DNA of 64,000 nt, from NCBI GenBank assembly GCA_951406725.2, contig OX597836.1:36890001-36954000 (forward strand), written 5' to 3'. Shown here piece after piece: positions 27,744 to 40,010 of the stretch. The DNA is from Octopus vulgaris (Eukaryota). The notes under the pieces were generated by a model. The model was not told the origin of the DNA. It did not search any database and worked only from the letters and a program-made list of their open reading frames with translations. The position numbers were made by a program, and so were the translations under genes. Numbering within the stretch: position 1 is the first letter of the stretch; every line of letters begins with the position of its first letter.

Positions 27744-28633
27744 TCTGAATTTACAACGCTTCAAGCGAACTACACCGCTCTTATGAACAATCTTTTTTGA
27801 TGCGCAATGTAGTGCTGATCAAAAACAGGCTAACTGATACCATACTAAACTTTTTTCTCTTCTGCTTTTCAAATATAGATCATATAATACGTCATTAGCC
27901 AATGTGACTGCTTTTCTTTTAAGATATTAGGGTACGATTTGAGGAGATTTGCCGCTATTTCTAAGCGGGTAACCAAGCACGTACAGCTCTCACGCTGCTC
28001 ATTTATTGAATATATTCGAAGTAAAGAATCTGTTCGCAAATGATCAATTACTATTGTTATTCGTTTTACGTCTATTATTTCCAAACTACAACTTTTTCCG
28101 TCCTTTTATGGCCTATTATTTCTAATTCAAAATGCATAATATTGGTGTCTGGAGCTGAATATCGATTTAATACAGATTTTTTTTCTATGCACTCCATCAT
28201 TTAATATACCCAGTATCTTTATATGGTTTATCAAATATCACGAAACGTTTACAGTTGATTTATAGCTGTGTGGATATATGAGTATTCCTCGTGTTTATAA
28301 TTTCGACCTTTCTCTGACATTGCACAACGTTGCAGCTGTTTCTTTTCATGTTTTCTACTCTCAGTCCTAAACTGCTCTTTAAATAGCCTAATATATTATA
28401 TACTAAACATATCTTAGCTCAGAATATGCAATAATTATTTACTTCTTCCGACGGCAATAAAAGTATTTATTAACATATTAGTCATTTGGGTTATGGAGTT
28501 GCAGAACCGGTCGAACATATAGCAAAGAATATTCTGGTGTTTGTTTACATTGCTTTAGGTTCAAATTGTTCCAGAATAATCTCTGTCTGTTGTCATCTCA
28601 AGATTCAGAGTATCAGTCAAGTAGTACGGTCGC

Positions 28634-28940
28634 TGGAGGCGCAATGGCCCAGTGGTTAGGGCAGCGGACTCGCGGTCGGAAGTTCGCGGTTTCGATTCCG
28701 TTGTGTGTTTTTATTGAGCGAAAAACAAACTAAACGCCCCACGATGCTCCGGCAGGGGGCGTTGGTGACCCCTGTTGTACTCTTTCGCCACAACTGTCTC
28801 TCACTCTCTCTTCTTGTTTCTTGAGTAACGCAGCGATGGACTGGCGTCCCGTCCAGCTGGGGGAAACACATACGCCACAGAAACCGGGAATCCGGGCCCA
28901 TGAGCCTGGCTAGGCTAGAAAAGGGCGACGTTTATCGTTT
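28634..28940 (+). mobile_element. SINE family-B head with V/Meta-like tail 4
   Basis: GCGATGGACTGGCGTCCCGTCCAG...CAGAAACCGGGA resembles the conserved segment of V-/Meta-type SINEs (from memory). Confidence 0.8.
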
Positions 28941-29799
28941 GTGCGGTCGATATATTAGTCTGAAACCTCCTACTTACTACGTAGCATTATATCTATACTA
29001 GAAATCAATAATATATTATCAATATTATGTTAACATTCATACACTTATAGAATTCTTATACTAACTTAATAATGCTTTGCAGTTTTTGAAATATACTATT
29101 GCAGGTTTCAGTCACTGGACAGCAGCCGCGCCAGAGCACAGTTATTAATCCTTTAGCATTCAGATTACTCTGTCAAAGGTAATATATATTTATTTACAGT
29201 GCTTAAACTTAATCATGCATTATCTTGTAACTTTGTAACTTCCATGATATAATTGTTTATTTTTGAGAATGACATTGTAGAGTAGGTGTAAGAAGTGGGA
29301 TCAGACAACTCTGGACCTAAAATAGGTAGAACATTCAAGCCTGGCGTGGCCGGTTTAAATGCTGAAGGGTCAAGGGGTTTCAGATTATTACATGGTCGTA
29401 CATGAAATTGCGTTGTATGTCATCGTTTTAGTAAAATACGAAATATAAAGTAGATATTACACGACATGTGTAATCATACATACATGCACACACATGCATA
29501 CAAATAAACGCCTATGCCCACAAACACATACTTACACACATATACACGCTTACACACATGCACACACTTACACACATTGACATGCGCACATGCCTCTAAG
29601 CTTCCAGGATTTTGTTTACACCTGCATATTCACAATTCAGTTATAATTTCCATTCATTGAGAATATTTAGTTATTTAGGGCTGTAGAAAAAATTATAGTG
29701 CTACTGTTATGTGAATAATTTATTCTACCGTTTGCAGTTTTGATTAATTAAAATTCATTATATTTATTAGATTAACATTTGTTTCTAGAAATTTCTCTT

Positions 29800-31360
29800 T
29801 CGTAAAGGTGACTAATTCAAATTCTGCTGAGAACGACTTTGCTTTCATCATTCCGGAGTCGACAAAAAAAGTAATAGTTACGCACTGCCGTCAATATAAT
29901 CGACTAGCCTCTCCCCCAAAACGCCAGGCCTTGTGACTTTAGTAGAAAGGATTATTACTAAAACGGCGAGCTGGCAGAATCGTTTTCACCCCTGTGAAAA
30001 TGCGTGACGGTATTTCGTCTGCCGCTACGTTCTGAGTTTAAATTCAGCCGAGATCGACTTTGCCTCTCATCCTTGCGGGGTCGATTAAATAAGTACCAGT
30101 TACGCACCGGGATCGAAATAATCGACTTAATCCGTTTGTCTGTCCTTGTTTGTCCTTGTGGGTAGTAAAGAAACAGGTATTTCGTCTGCCGTTACGTTCT
30201 GAGTTCAAATTCCGCCGAGGTCGACTTTGCCTTTCATCCGTTCGGAGTCGAGTAAATAAGTACCAGTTACGCACTGGTGTCGATATAATCGACTTAATCC
30301 GTTTGTCTGTCCTTATTTGTCCTCTCTCTGTTTAGCCCCTCGTGGCTAGTAAAGAAACAGAAATAGGCATTTCGTGCATCATCACGTTCTGAGTTCAAAT
30401 CCCAACGGAGTCGACGTCGAATTTCATTCTTTCGAGGTGGATAGAATGAGAACCAGCTGAGTTCTGTTGTCGATGTATTCGACTAGCCCGCTCCCCACAT
30501 AACATCAGGCCTGATGCCAATAATAGAAACGATAATCATTACAAACAATATTTTTTGGATATAATGACATATTTGCAGACAATATTTTTTATTATTACCT
30601 CGGGAAATAGAGCGTCGTGTTCGTAGCGTCATTAGCAAGACCGGCAAAATGCTAATCGGCATTTCATCCGTCTTTAAGTTCTGAGTTGAAATTCCTCCGA
30701 GAATGATTTCGACTTACATTCCTCCGGGGTCAATAAGTTAAGAACTAGTGGAGCACTAGGGTCCAATGGAATTGACTTAAACCCACCCTGAAATTTCTGG
30801 GCTTTTGTCAAAGTTTGAAACTATAATGAAGTAGGGAAATGCTTGCGCAAAAAGTTTCGAATGTCTGGATACAGAATTTTGCTCTATTTTTTTCCACCAA
30901 TTTTCATACTGACGTTCAAATCTCGTTGAGGCGGTGAGCTGGCAGAAACGGTAGCACGCCGGGCGAAATGCGTAGCCGTATTTCGTCTGCCGCTACGTTC
31001 TGAGTTCAAGTTCCGCCGAGGTCGACTTTGCCTTTCATCTTTCGGGGTCGATAAATTAAGTACTAGCTACGCACTGGGGTCGATATAATCGACATAATCC
31101 GTGTTTCTGTCCTTGTTTGTCCTCTCTGTGTTTAGTCCTTGTGGGTAGTAAAGAAATAGGTATTTCGTCTGCTGCTACGTTCTGAGTACCAGTTACGTCC
31201 TGAGTACAAATCCCGCCGAGGTCGACTTTGCCTTTCATCCTTTCGGGGTCGATTAAATAAGTACCAGTTACGTACTGGGGTCGATCTAATCAACTTAATC
31301 AGTTTGTCTGTCCTTGTTTGCCCCCTCTGTGTTTAGCCCCTTGTGGGTAATAAAGAAACA
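29800..31360 (+). mobile_element. Cluster of SINE family D copies (younger 29963-30367 and 30930-31360; decayed 29800-29960, 30367-30535, 30620-30825)
   Basis: Repeated TTCTGAGTTCAAAT...GTCGACTTTGCCTTTCATCC motif, all same orientation. Confidence 0.85.
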
Positions 31361-31799
31361 GAATGCTTATAAAATAAAGTAGCCAATCAAATAATGTAAG
31401 CAATGCATTCGACTAAAGCCTTCCTAGCTAAATAACTAAATACATTGTATGATTGAATGTAGTTGGGTGGATCAAAAGAAAGACTATTGATATATCTTAT
31501 AGTCAGCAGCTTTTTATAGTGAATTCCTTTGATTACACTTCAATGAAAAGTATCAAAAGACGGTGGAAGAAAATATTGTTTCACTGGTTTCAGTATATGT
31601 TGGGTTGGTGGTTGGAATTCAGAGAACTGCGCGTCTAATTCTGAGAAATCACTTCAATATTTATAGCAGTAGCTGTATCGTTTCATCTCTAATTTATTCC
31701 TTCAAAAATCAAAAGCTAATTCTTTTGAAATTGTAATAATTGGTGTATTTGGATCAGCAATCATTCGTCATTTTTAGAAATCAACCCACACAGATACAT

Positions 31800-31860
<61 letters not shown>

Positions 31861-32492
31861 CATACATATATATATGTGTGTGTGTGTGTGTAAGTGTATG
31901 TGTGCGTGTGTGTACACACACGTGTCTACACTCACAGACAGACAAATATATGTACGAACAGATGTATAAATAAATGGGTGTGAGTGTGTGTGTGTTTATG
32001 TGTTCATATATATATATATATATATATATGTTAGGTGTATACACATACATATATATACATAGTGATTATGGCAGCACACAAGGAGACAGTCCAGAAAAAT
32101 TGCAGGAAATTCCGAAGTCGACTAGAGTTTTTTTAAGCCAATGGTGATTTTATTGTATACATTTACTCTTTAGTATTTCAAAATATTTTTATGTAATTTT
32201 GGCAAATATATGGTAAAATAAGATGTGAGTGTTATTTTCATTTTTGTGTAATTTACACGACAATGTGCTCATGGAGAGTCAAAAGTCGTCTGCTGCTAGA
32301 GTCAAAGATGCGGAAATGTGTCGAATCATATGTACAGCCGTTTCCTCATCTTTTTATTCTGACTAAGGTTTTTTCACAAAAAATTTTAAGTATATTTATA
32401 ACACACGCTGTTGTCTATATAATTTCCACAAATATGTATTTTAAAACGTTTTAGCAGCGATGTATACTAATGTGCCGCACAAGAAAAATAAG

Positions 32493-32887
32493 TAATTAAA
32501 AATATTGAATTTCTAAATGTCTCAAAGAGACATGGGCGGTGGTGGAGCGAGAGAGTGGTTGTATACTGTCAACATAACGTGACAGTCCCGTACGGGAATT
32601 ACACCACCGCTGTTTAGCCCTAGGAAGCATCGACACTTCCTGTCGGCTTTGACACATTTCCTGTGTCCTTATATTTGCGAAGGGGAGGCAAGCACCCCCC
32701 ACCAGCTAGGATTCACACCTGAGATCATGCATGTTTCTGGGTCTTACCCGTCATCAGTCCAGGATAGTGAAACCTGCAAGTTGAGATGCCTGTCTAGCCT
32801 TCGCAAATATATATATTTACAGTGAAATATATTCACTGGTCACCGTAATTAGAAATATTGAATTTCTAAATGTCTCAAAGAGACATG
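32493..32887 (-). mobile_element. Retrozyme-like HHR element: 353-nt unit + 42-nt terminal redundancy, 11-bp TSD
   Basis: Direct repeats 32493-32534 / 32846-32887 (1 mismatch); TSD AGAAAAATAAG 32482-32492 / 32888-32898; HHR core on minus strand. Confidence 0.75.
32708..32775 (-). ncRNA. Type I hammerhead ribozyme motif
   Basis: CCTGGA-CTGATGA(32757-32751)-cGGGT-AAG-ACCCa-GAAA(32737-32734)-CATGCATG-ATC^TCAGG; stem I extends via TTCAC/GTGAA. Confidence 0.7.
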
Positions 32888-33074
32888 AGAAAAATAAGGT
32901 TTATCATTTTTCAATGGGAGGTGAAAGGGAATGTGAGGTCAATAATATTAATATTAATATTAATAAATCCACCACGCAAGCGAAGCTTTTTTGTTGGCAG
33001 CAAATGAAATAATGTCAACATTTCTTCGAAATTTGCCAAAAATTATCAATAAAATTATCGAAAATTATCAATAA

Positions 33075-33356
33075 TATTCCACAGCTCTTTATCATCCTCC
33101 CTAAATGCCTGAGAGACTTACATGGTGTGGATGTGGGTTTCTTTAAAACTAAACTGGATCTCTTCTTGTCGGGGGTCCCAGATGAACCTACCTCACGACA
33201 AGAGACACAGATGCGGGCAGCAGCATCGAACTCCCTCGTTGATCAAGTGCCACGTATCAGAGGTGAATTCACATACTGGTGTAACTCTTTCAGCGGTGGT
33301 GCCCCAGCATGGCCGCGGCCTTCGGGCTAAAACATTTTTAAGGATTTAAGGATTTA
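33075..33356 (+). pseudogene. CR1-clade LINE 3' end
   Basis: PQLFIILPKCLRDLHGVDVGFFKTKLDLFLSGVPDEP...RAAASNSL; 3' stem-loop and (TAAGGATT)n-like tail. Confidence 0.8.
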
Positions 33357-33548
33357 TAACTAAGTGAGAAGAACAGAAAGGTAAAGTGGATTTCGGAAGT
33401 GGAAGGGTTATGAACTGATTATTATGGTGGACCGTTCGTTGCCAGAACCATTGAAGACTAAATTACAGTATTAAGAAGATGGAGATTATGAATAATTAAT
33501 GAATAATAAAATATCATAAACGCAGGTGTTAGAAAGAACAATGTATGT

Positions 33549-33620
<72 letters not shown>

Positions 33621-33724
33621 ATGTGTACAATTTTGCGATAACCCTTCACAAACAGTCAGAAGAAAATGTGAGATATTTTTTTCTGAATGGTAATGTACTT
33701 TTTCATTAGTTAACTGCCAATATA

Positions 33725-33899
33725 TGTTTTTTTACTACCCACAAGGGGCTGCTAAACATAGAGGGGACAAACAAGGACAGAGAAAGGAATTACATCGACC
33801 CCAGTGCGTATCTGGTACTTAATTTATCAACTCCGAAAGGATGAAAGGCAAAGTCGACCTCGGCGGAATTTGAACTCAGAACGTAGCGGCCGACGAAAT
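33725..33899 (-). mobile_element. SINE family D fragment
   Basis: Homology to D; head replaced by the following insert. Confidence 0.8.
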
Positions 33900-34125
33900 T
33901 GGTTGTGTAGTTCTCAAGTTTTAGGGAATCATAGTGGAGAAGATATGATATTGCTGTGGGCTCTCCCTAGGCAGACAGTTAAAAAAAAATTTGTGTCGAT
34001 GACACTCCCCGGACCCTAAGTAAGGCATGTATAAAATTTGAATGAAATTGGTTGTGTAGTTCTCAAGTTTTAGGGAAACGCACAGACAGACAGACAGACA
34101 CACATTCTCAGTTTTATATATTAAT
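33895..34125 (-). mobile_element. Non-autonomous Helitron-like fragment with 34-bp direct repeat
   Basis: Minus strand starts ATATATAAAACTGAGAATGTGTGTCTGTCTGTCTG ((CTGT)n near 5' end, as in Lep1-type Helitrons); repeat 33895-33928 / 34044-34077. Confidence 0.55.
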
Positions 34126-34869
34126 GATAAAGAGATACGTAGCCATTTCAACAGTAAAAGATTATATTTTATTTTAAATATTTATTTCAAATTGTGCACA
34201 GGGTCACCAATTTTGGACTTATTATATCGATTTCGATACGATGAAAGGCAAAGTCGACTTCGGTGGAATTTGAACTCAGAACGAAAAGACGGATGAAATA
34301 CCGCTTGGTGGGGCGCCAATTTGTTGTGAACTATTAAAATGAAGACAATCTCTTCTAGACTAATTTAATTTGAGTCAGACACAAAAGCTTCGAATTTACA
34401 TCAGAAAGTAAATGTGTATAGACTATATTTGTGAATTTGCCTTCTTTCTTAGACTACCCAATATAACTTATCTAATGTTTCATATAACGCCATTTCATCA
34501 TTATATATAATTGCCAACGCATCATAATTTCAGACACATGAATTAAGTTAAATTCTATGTAACGAAGACATTTCTTGCAGGAACGAAAGAAATACTTTAT
34601 GCTTACAAAGCCATACCTGTCTTTTTCAGCTTAGATCGTTAATTATTCAATAAAATTGAAAAGAGAGAGAAAGTAGTTTTAAAATCGTACGAAAAGAATT
34701 TACAGTCCAATATTTAATTTACGAAGTATGTCCAGTAGTATTTCACTTCATCTTGGATTGCCGCTAGATTAGTTTAAATAGATGATAAATAAATGCAACT
34801 ATGTATGTTTATATGTATGGGTGTATATGCATTATATATGTAAGCATATATGTATGAATACATGTACAG

Positions 34870-35061
34870 CAGAAACAGGAAGAAAGAGTGAGAGAAAGTT
34901 GTGGTGCGAGAATACAATAGGTTCGACCCCCACCTAGGAACCTCGTGAAGCTTTAGGTGTTTTCGGTCAACAAGCACTCACAACGCCCGGTCTGGGAATC
35001 GAAACCACGATCCCACGACCGCGAGTCTGTTGCCATAATCACTGGGCCATTGTGCCTCCAC
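34870..35061 (-). mobile_element. SINE family-B head/body, diverged
   Basis: Homology to B head. Confidence 0.8.
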
Positions 35062-35084
35062 ACACCCGCGTGGGCGCGCGAACG

Positions 35085-35157
<73 letters not shown>

Positions 35158-35161
<4 letters not shown>

Positions 35162-35412
35162 GGTGCAATAAATACAGTATCGTCTAAATTACGCAAAATT
35201 AACACTGAAATCTCGTTGTAAATAATATATTTACCAAAATTACATAAAAATATCTTGAAATACTAAGCAGTAAATTTATTCAATAAAATCGCCATTAGCT
35301 TCAACCACAGCCTCTAGCCCTCTTGAAACTATACTGGATGGTCTCCTTGATTAAGTTAGTGAATGCTTCCATAATCCTTGCCCTTCAGTTCATGTTTGGT
35401 GTGACAAGGAGT
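35158..35412 (-). mobile_element. Tc1/mariner (maT-like) 3' end and TIR
   Basis: TA|CAGGGTG terminus; homologous to 46626-46972. Confidence 0.7.
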
Positions 35413-36422
35413 AGTCGTGTACTATCTTATATCTCTCCCCACCTCTACACACTCAATAATACTATAAAAAGAGACAAAATTCCTACAAAAGTTCAATTTG
35501 ACAACTCCACTAGAGTGGACGAAAGCGCTAATATGTGATATATGATTTATAAAAACATGTAACATACTTATAAATATCTGTAAATATAAAACCATCCAGA
35601 TTTCTGAGTACCTCATTTCTTCTAATATATAATATCCGTACGTCATACCCAAACCGTCTAATAGATATATGTATACATATATAAATATATGCATGTATAA
35701 CACACACATACAAATATACATATATTTGTATATGTGTCTTGCATCTATGTATTCACCATTTATTCCGTTCCCATAAATATGGCTTAAATGGATGGTGGAA
35801 TATGGAATTATTCTTTAAGTTTAAAGATACAACAATAAAATTTGTATTAAAATTTCTTATGTAATGTTTCCAACATAATAATGTCTGACAAAATTTTATT
35901 CATAAACGCTATCTTTTGACTAAACAACTTTTATTCATATTATCTCACTTATTACGCTATTCCAGCTCAAATTTCCGTTATAGTTTTTCACCTCAAGAAA
36001 ATTTATTACTGAACTTTTCACGCGATTGATGAAATGAGATGAATACTTTGAAAAAAGAAACGAACTTAAAATAAAAACAAAAAAAGTTTGGAAAAATTGT
36101 TTCCACTCAACAATAAGGTTGGCGTAAATTATATTTCATATCTCCTGCATTAGAGTATTGTATAAGATTACTTTACAAAAAGAAGTTATTATAGCCAGAA
36201 TCATATTGTACGAAAGACAAAACAAAAGAAAAGTAAATAAAGTTTTAGTAGCATTTTTAATTGATTAAATATAGATACTGTGTTGTGTGAAATATCCCTG
36301 TTTATTATTATTAGAATTATAAGAAAATTATATGAACAAAGCATTGTCAATGATAAAATATTGCAGCTTAAGAAAGTTCTAATTTTTGGCTCCACATCCA
36401 TTTCTTAATAATTCAACTGGTT

Positions 36423-36990
36423 TTGTTGTATTTCGGAATGGTCATTTTGCCTGTTTAGCCAATAAAAACACACGCACTATATATTTGGTGTTACTTTGCG
36501 TCAGTGTTATTTACTTTTTACATTAACCTTAATCTTATTTTGGCCAGAGTTCTTTCGTCACACTCCTGTGACCGCATCAGTGGTCCTTTGCTTTCTTCTT
36601 TCTTATTTGTGTGTCTCTCCTTACTAACTGTCAGCCATTTTGTATTTCTATTGTCTGTGCCTTCATTTGCGCATGCGTATGTCTCTATGTCCGTCTATGT
36701 TTAATTAGTGGGGGGATGGGAATGCCTGTAATATTAGTAAGGAGAGACACACAAATAAGAAAGAAGAAGGCAAAGGACCACTGATGCGGTCACTGGAGTG
36801 TGACGAAAGAAATCTGGCCGAAATAAGATTAAAATTAATGTAAAAATAAATAACACTGAAGCAAAGTAACACCAAATATATAGTGCGTGTGTTTTTATTG
36901 GCTAAACTGGCAAAATGACCATTCCGAAATACAACAATATCTGTTTCAACACACGACTTCACATCAAAAATCTTGCACAACAAATATATA
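36423..36990 (+). mobile_element. Foldback element with HHR-like motif in both arms (family of 11370-11710)
   Basis: Inverted arms 36423-36628 / 36733-36937 and tail 36938-36990. Confidence 0.8.
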
Positions 36991-37684
36991 AACGCGTCAA
37001 CTGTTTTTACTTTATGTTTCTTTCTACGTTCATCTGCAGTATTTGCATACGATGTGTAAGACACATAGTCACATGTTACCGCTTCAATTTCATGCCTGTT
37101 GATGATTGTAGCTATCTGTCAAAAATAATTAAGCATATTTTGAAAGACGTTCCTTCGAGAGCATCAGGATTTCTTGTATGAGAGGTACTATCTTATCAAA
37201 CGCTTCATATTGCATAAAATACATAGTATTTTATATGCAGAAAATCGAAACGAGAGCGAAAGAAATATATATGCACAGCCACACATACAGATACGAATGT
37301 CTGCATATATATATATACACACGCGTATATACACACGTATACAAAAATTTTTGTGTCATATATACGTGTCAGATATCTCGAAAAGCAGTAAAATTTTTCT
37401 CCGCATGTGTCTTATGTTTGCACTCTGTGTTCAAAGTAAATATCAGAACGGAACTTTAGAACTAAACATATAACATTAACACATTCGCTCCTTACATATC
37501 CATTGTCTGAACCAGAAGACAACACATGGAGTTCGTAACAATAGTTATATGCCGTTATCGGCAAACACCACTATGTCTACTTATTTACATAGAGGCAAAC
37601 GTTATGCGTATGTATTTGTAGTTACATTTACATATTCATATACACATATGTGTGTGTGCATATATGTGGGGGGGTGTATGTGTG

Positions 37685-37716
<32 letters not shown>

Positions 37717-37722
37717 ATCTAT

Positions 37723-37768
<46 letters not shown>

Positions 37769-37833
37769 GAAATATAAGTATATACATTTATTTATATAAT
37801 ATATATACAAACACATATATATATATATATGTG

Positions 37834-37929
<96 letters not shown>

Positions 37930-38239
37930 ATATATATTCTGAAGTGAGATATATACCATTGATCAGCGTATAAAACGATGCTTAGAAAGCCAATGAACGT
38001 GTATGTGTATAAGTGAGTACGCGAGTGCTTTTGTACATTTACATCACTGCAACTAAATATAAACAAGATAACTAAGAAAATTGTATAAACAAAAAGTGTT
38101 TGCTATAGTTTGTTAACAAGTAATAGTGTTTTTTTTAAATTTTCAGTTACGTATTAGTTGCATTAAGAATATATATATCAGTATATTAGGAAAGAAAATA
38201 TATTCCAAGATGGACGATTTCCAGTATATTTTATAAAAG

Positions 38240-38341
38240 TATTGTGTTGTCCGGAAAGTTCGTACCGATTTTTAAAGGAAAGAAAAATGTCAATAAATAC
38301 TTGCTATTACATTTTTGATCAACTAAATATGAACCACTTTG

Positions 38342-38345
<4 letters not shown>
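38240..38345. mobile_element. Mariner terminal fragment
   Basis: TATTGTGTTGTCCGGAAAGTTCGTACCGATTT resembles mariner TIRs (TA-TTRGGTTG...AAAGT). Confidence 0.5.
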
Positions 38346-38378
<33 letters not shown>

Positions 38379-38379
38379 C

Positions 38380-38582
38380 GCCATGATCAATCGTTAGCTA
38401 CTACACACATTTTTTTCTCTCCTTGTTTCTCTCCTTGTTTGCTATGTCCCTTTCTGTAGAAGAGCATAGGCTCGAAACGTAAAAGACTTTTTCTATTCCT
38501 GAGCGTTATACTAATACAGCTGTTGGTTTTTTACACCACCTGTCTTCGTCTTTTGTTGCTTTTTTATTCGTAAACTCCCCCT
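38380..38582 (+). mobile_element. Small microsatellite-embedded element with minimal HHR variant
   Basis: CTTT-CTGTAGA-A-GAGC-ATAG-GCTC-GAAA-CGTA^AAAG at 38450-38485; second copy at 15786-15901. Confidence 0.65.
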
Positions 38583-38661
38583 ATATATATACATGTATAT
38601 ATATACATATATATATACATATATATATGTATGTATGTATATATATGTATATATATATATG

Positions 38662-38696
<35 letters not shown>

Positions 38697-38727
38697 ATAT
38701 AAATACATACATGCACACATAGACACG

Positions 38728-38773
<46 letters not shown>

Positions 38774-39357
38774 AAAGTTCACATGGTGTGCACTTGTATG
38801 TAGGTGGTAGTGTGTTTCGGGAATCAGAGGAAAGGGGAGAGGGAAAATGACTGGTACTCGTAGTTTAAATCTTACTGTAAAATAATTAATTTCCAAACAA
38901 GGCAATTATTATTGCCAATTATGTTTCCTAATATGAATTAATGTTCTTTTTAACCATTACGTCAATTTTTTAAAACTATCATTTTACACACGAATGAAAA
39001 TGGCGGTAATATTAAACATTTTCACCTTGAATATGCATAGCTTTGTATTTTCAAGATGTAAACCGTTTAATTTTATTCTTGTGTAATAGAACTTCAATTG
39101 GAAGGTTTATGTTAAATGCTCTTAACGTATATTTAAAGATAAAAATAATGAAAACGGGGAAAATTGATAATAGTAATTGGATTGATTTTCCTGTTTTTTA
39201 TCATTACTATTATAATTTTTTTCAGTTTTCACAAGCGATCGAATATGAATGAATATTAAAAGGTCGGGGAATACGCTTATGGAATAATATTTTATATGGC
39301 TGTCTTCCATTTTGATTTTCTGGCTGATTTTAATGAGAGAAATTAATCGCTTTCGAT

Positions 39358-39430
39358 ATCTGTGTGTACGTACGTCTGTGTGTACGTACGTCTGTGTGTA
39401 CGTACGTCTGTGTGTACGTACGTCTGTGTG
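39358..39430. repeat. 16-bp minisatellite (TCTGTGTGTACGTACG)x4
   Basis: Direct inspection. Confidence 0.9.
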
Positions 39431-39905
39431 CGTGTGTGTGACTGTGTGTTCTTACTGATATATTTAATCGTTGTTTCTTTGTATTTGTCTATACCCATTA
39501 TTATTTACATCTTAGAATTAATAGAATTCTAATTGTGCTAGGAGCCCTTGGATTTCAACCTCCACATCTCTACTTTCCTCTATGTATGGCTAAATGTATT
39601 TGCTTTGCCAAATGAATTGCATTTTCATATTTGAGATTTGCTTGAGACCGTTGCCTCTTAATCAGGCACTCAAATATGAATCCATCGCATTCTGTAGTGG
39701 AAGCAGCTGCAAGCGAATGACATTTATATAAGTTATTCCTTTATTCCTTTCCTCTCTCTTCTTATTACCGCTCTCTTCTCGACTATCCGTTCGTTCAGAA
39801 ATATATGTTATTGAGTTCTGCAACAGGTTATTTGTATTGCAGTGCCGAAGCGAATTGTGTGTGTATGTGTGTGTATGTGTGTGCTTATGTTTCCCCCTCC
39901 ACACA

Positions 39906-40010
39906 CCGCTTACGGAAAGCGACTTCCAGGCAGGATTCCAAAAGTGTCACGACGGTGGGGACCGGTACATTGCTGTAAATTCACCATTTCAAAGGCGACG
40001 ATGTTACAGC
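39906..40010 (+). pseudogene. Mariner transposase C-terminal fragment
   Basis: PLTESDFQAGFQKCHDGGDRYIA, like the mariner FQ..FQKW..RW.RCI terminus. Confidence 0.5.

Noticed and set aside
28634-28705. tRNA gene
   Set aside because: tRNA-derived SINE head continuing into SINE body; same for other heads.
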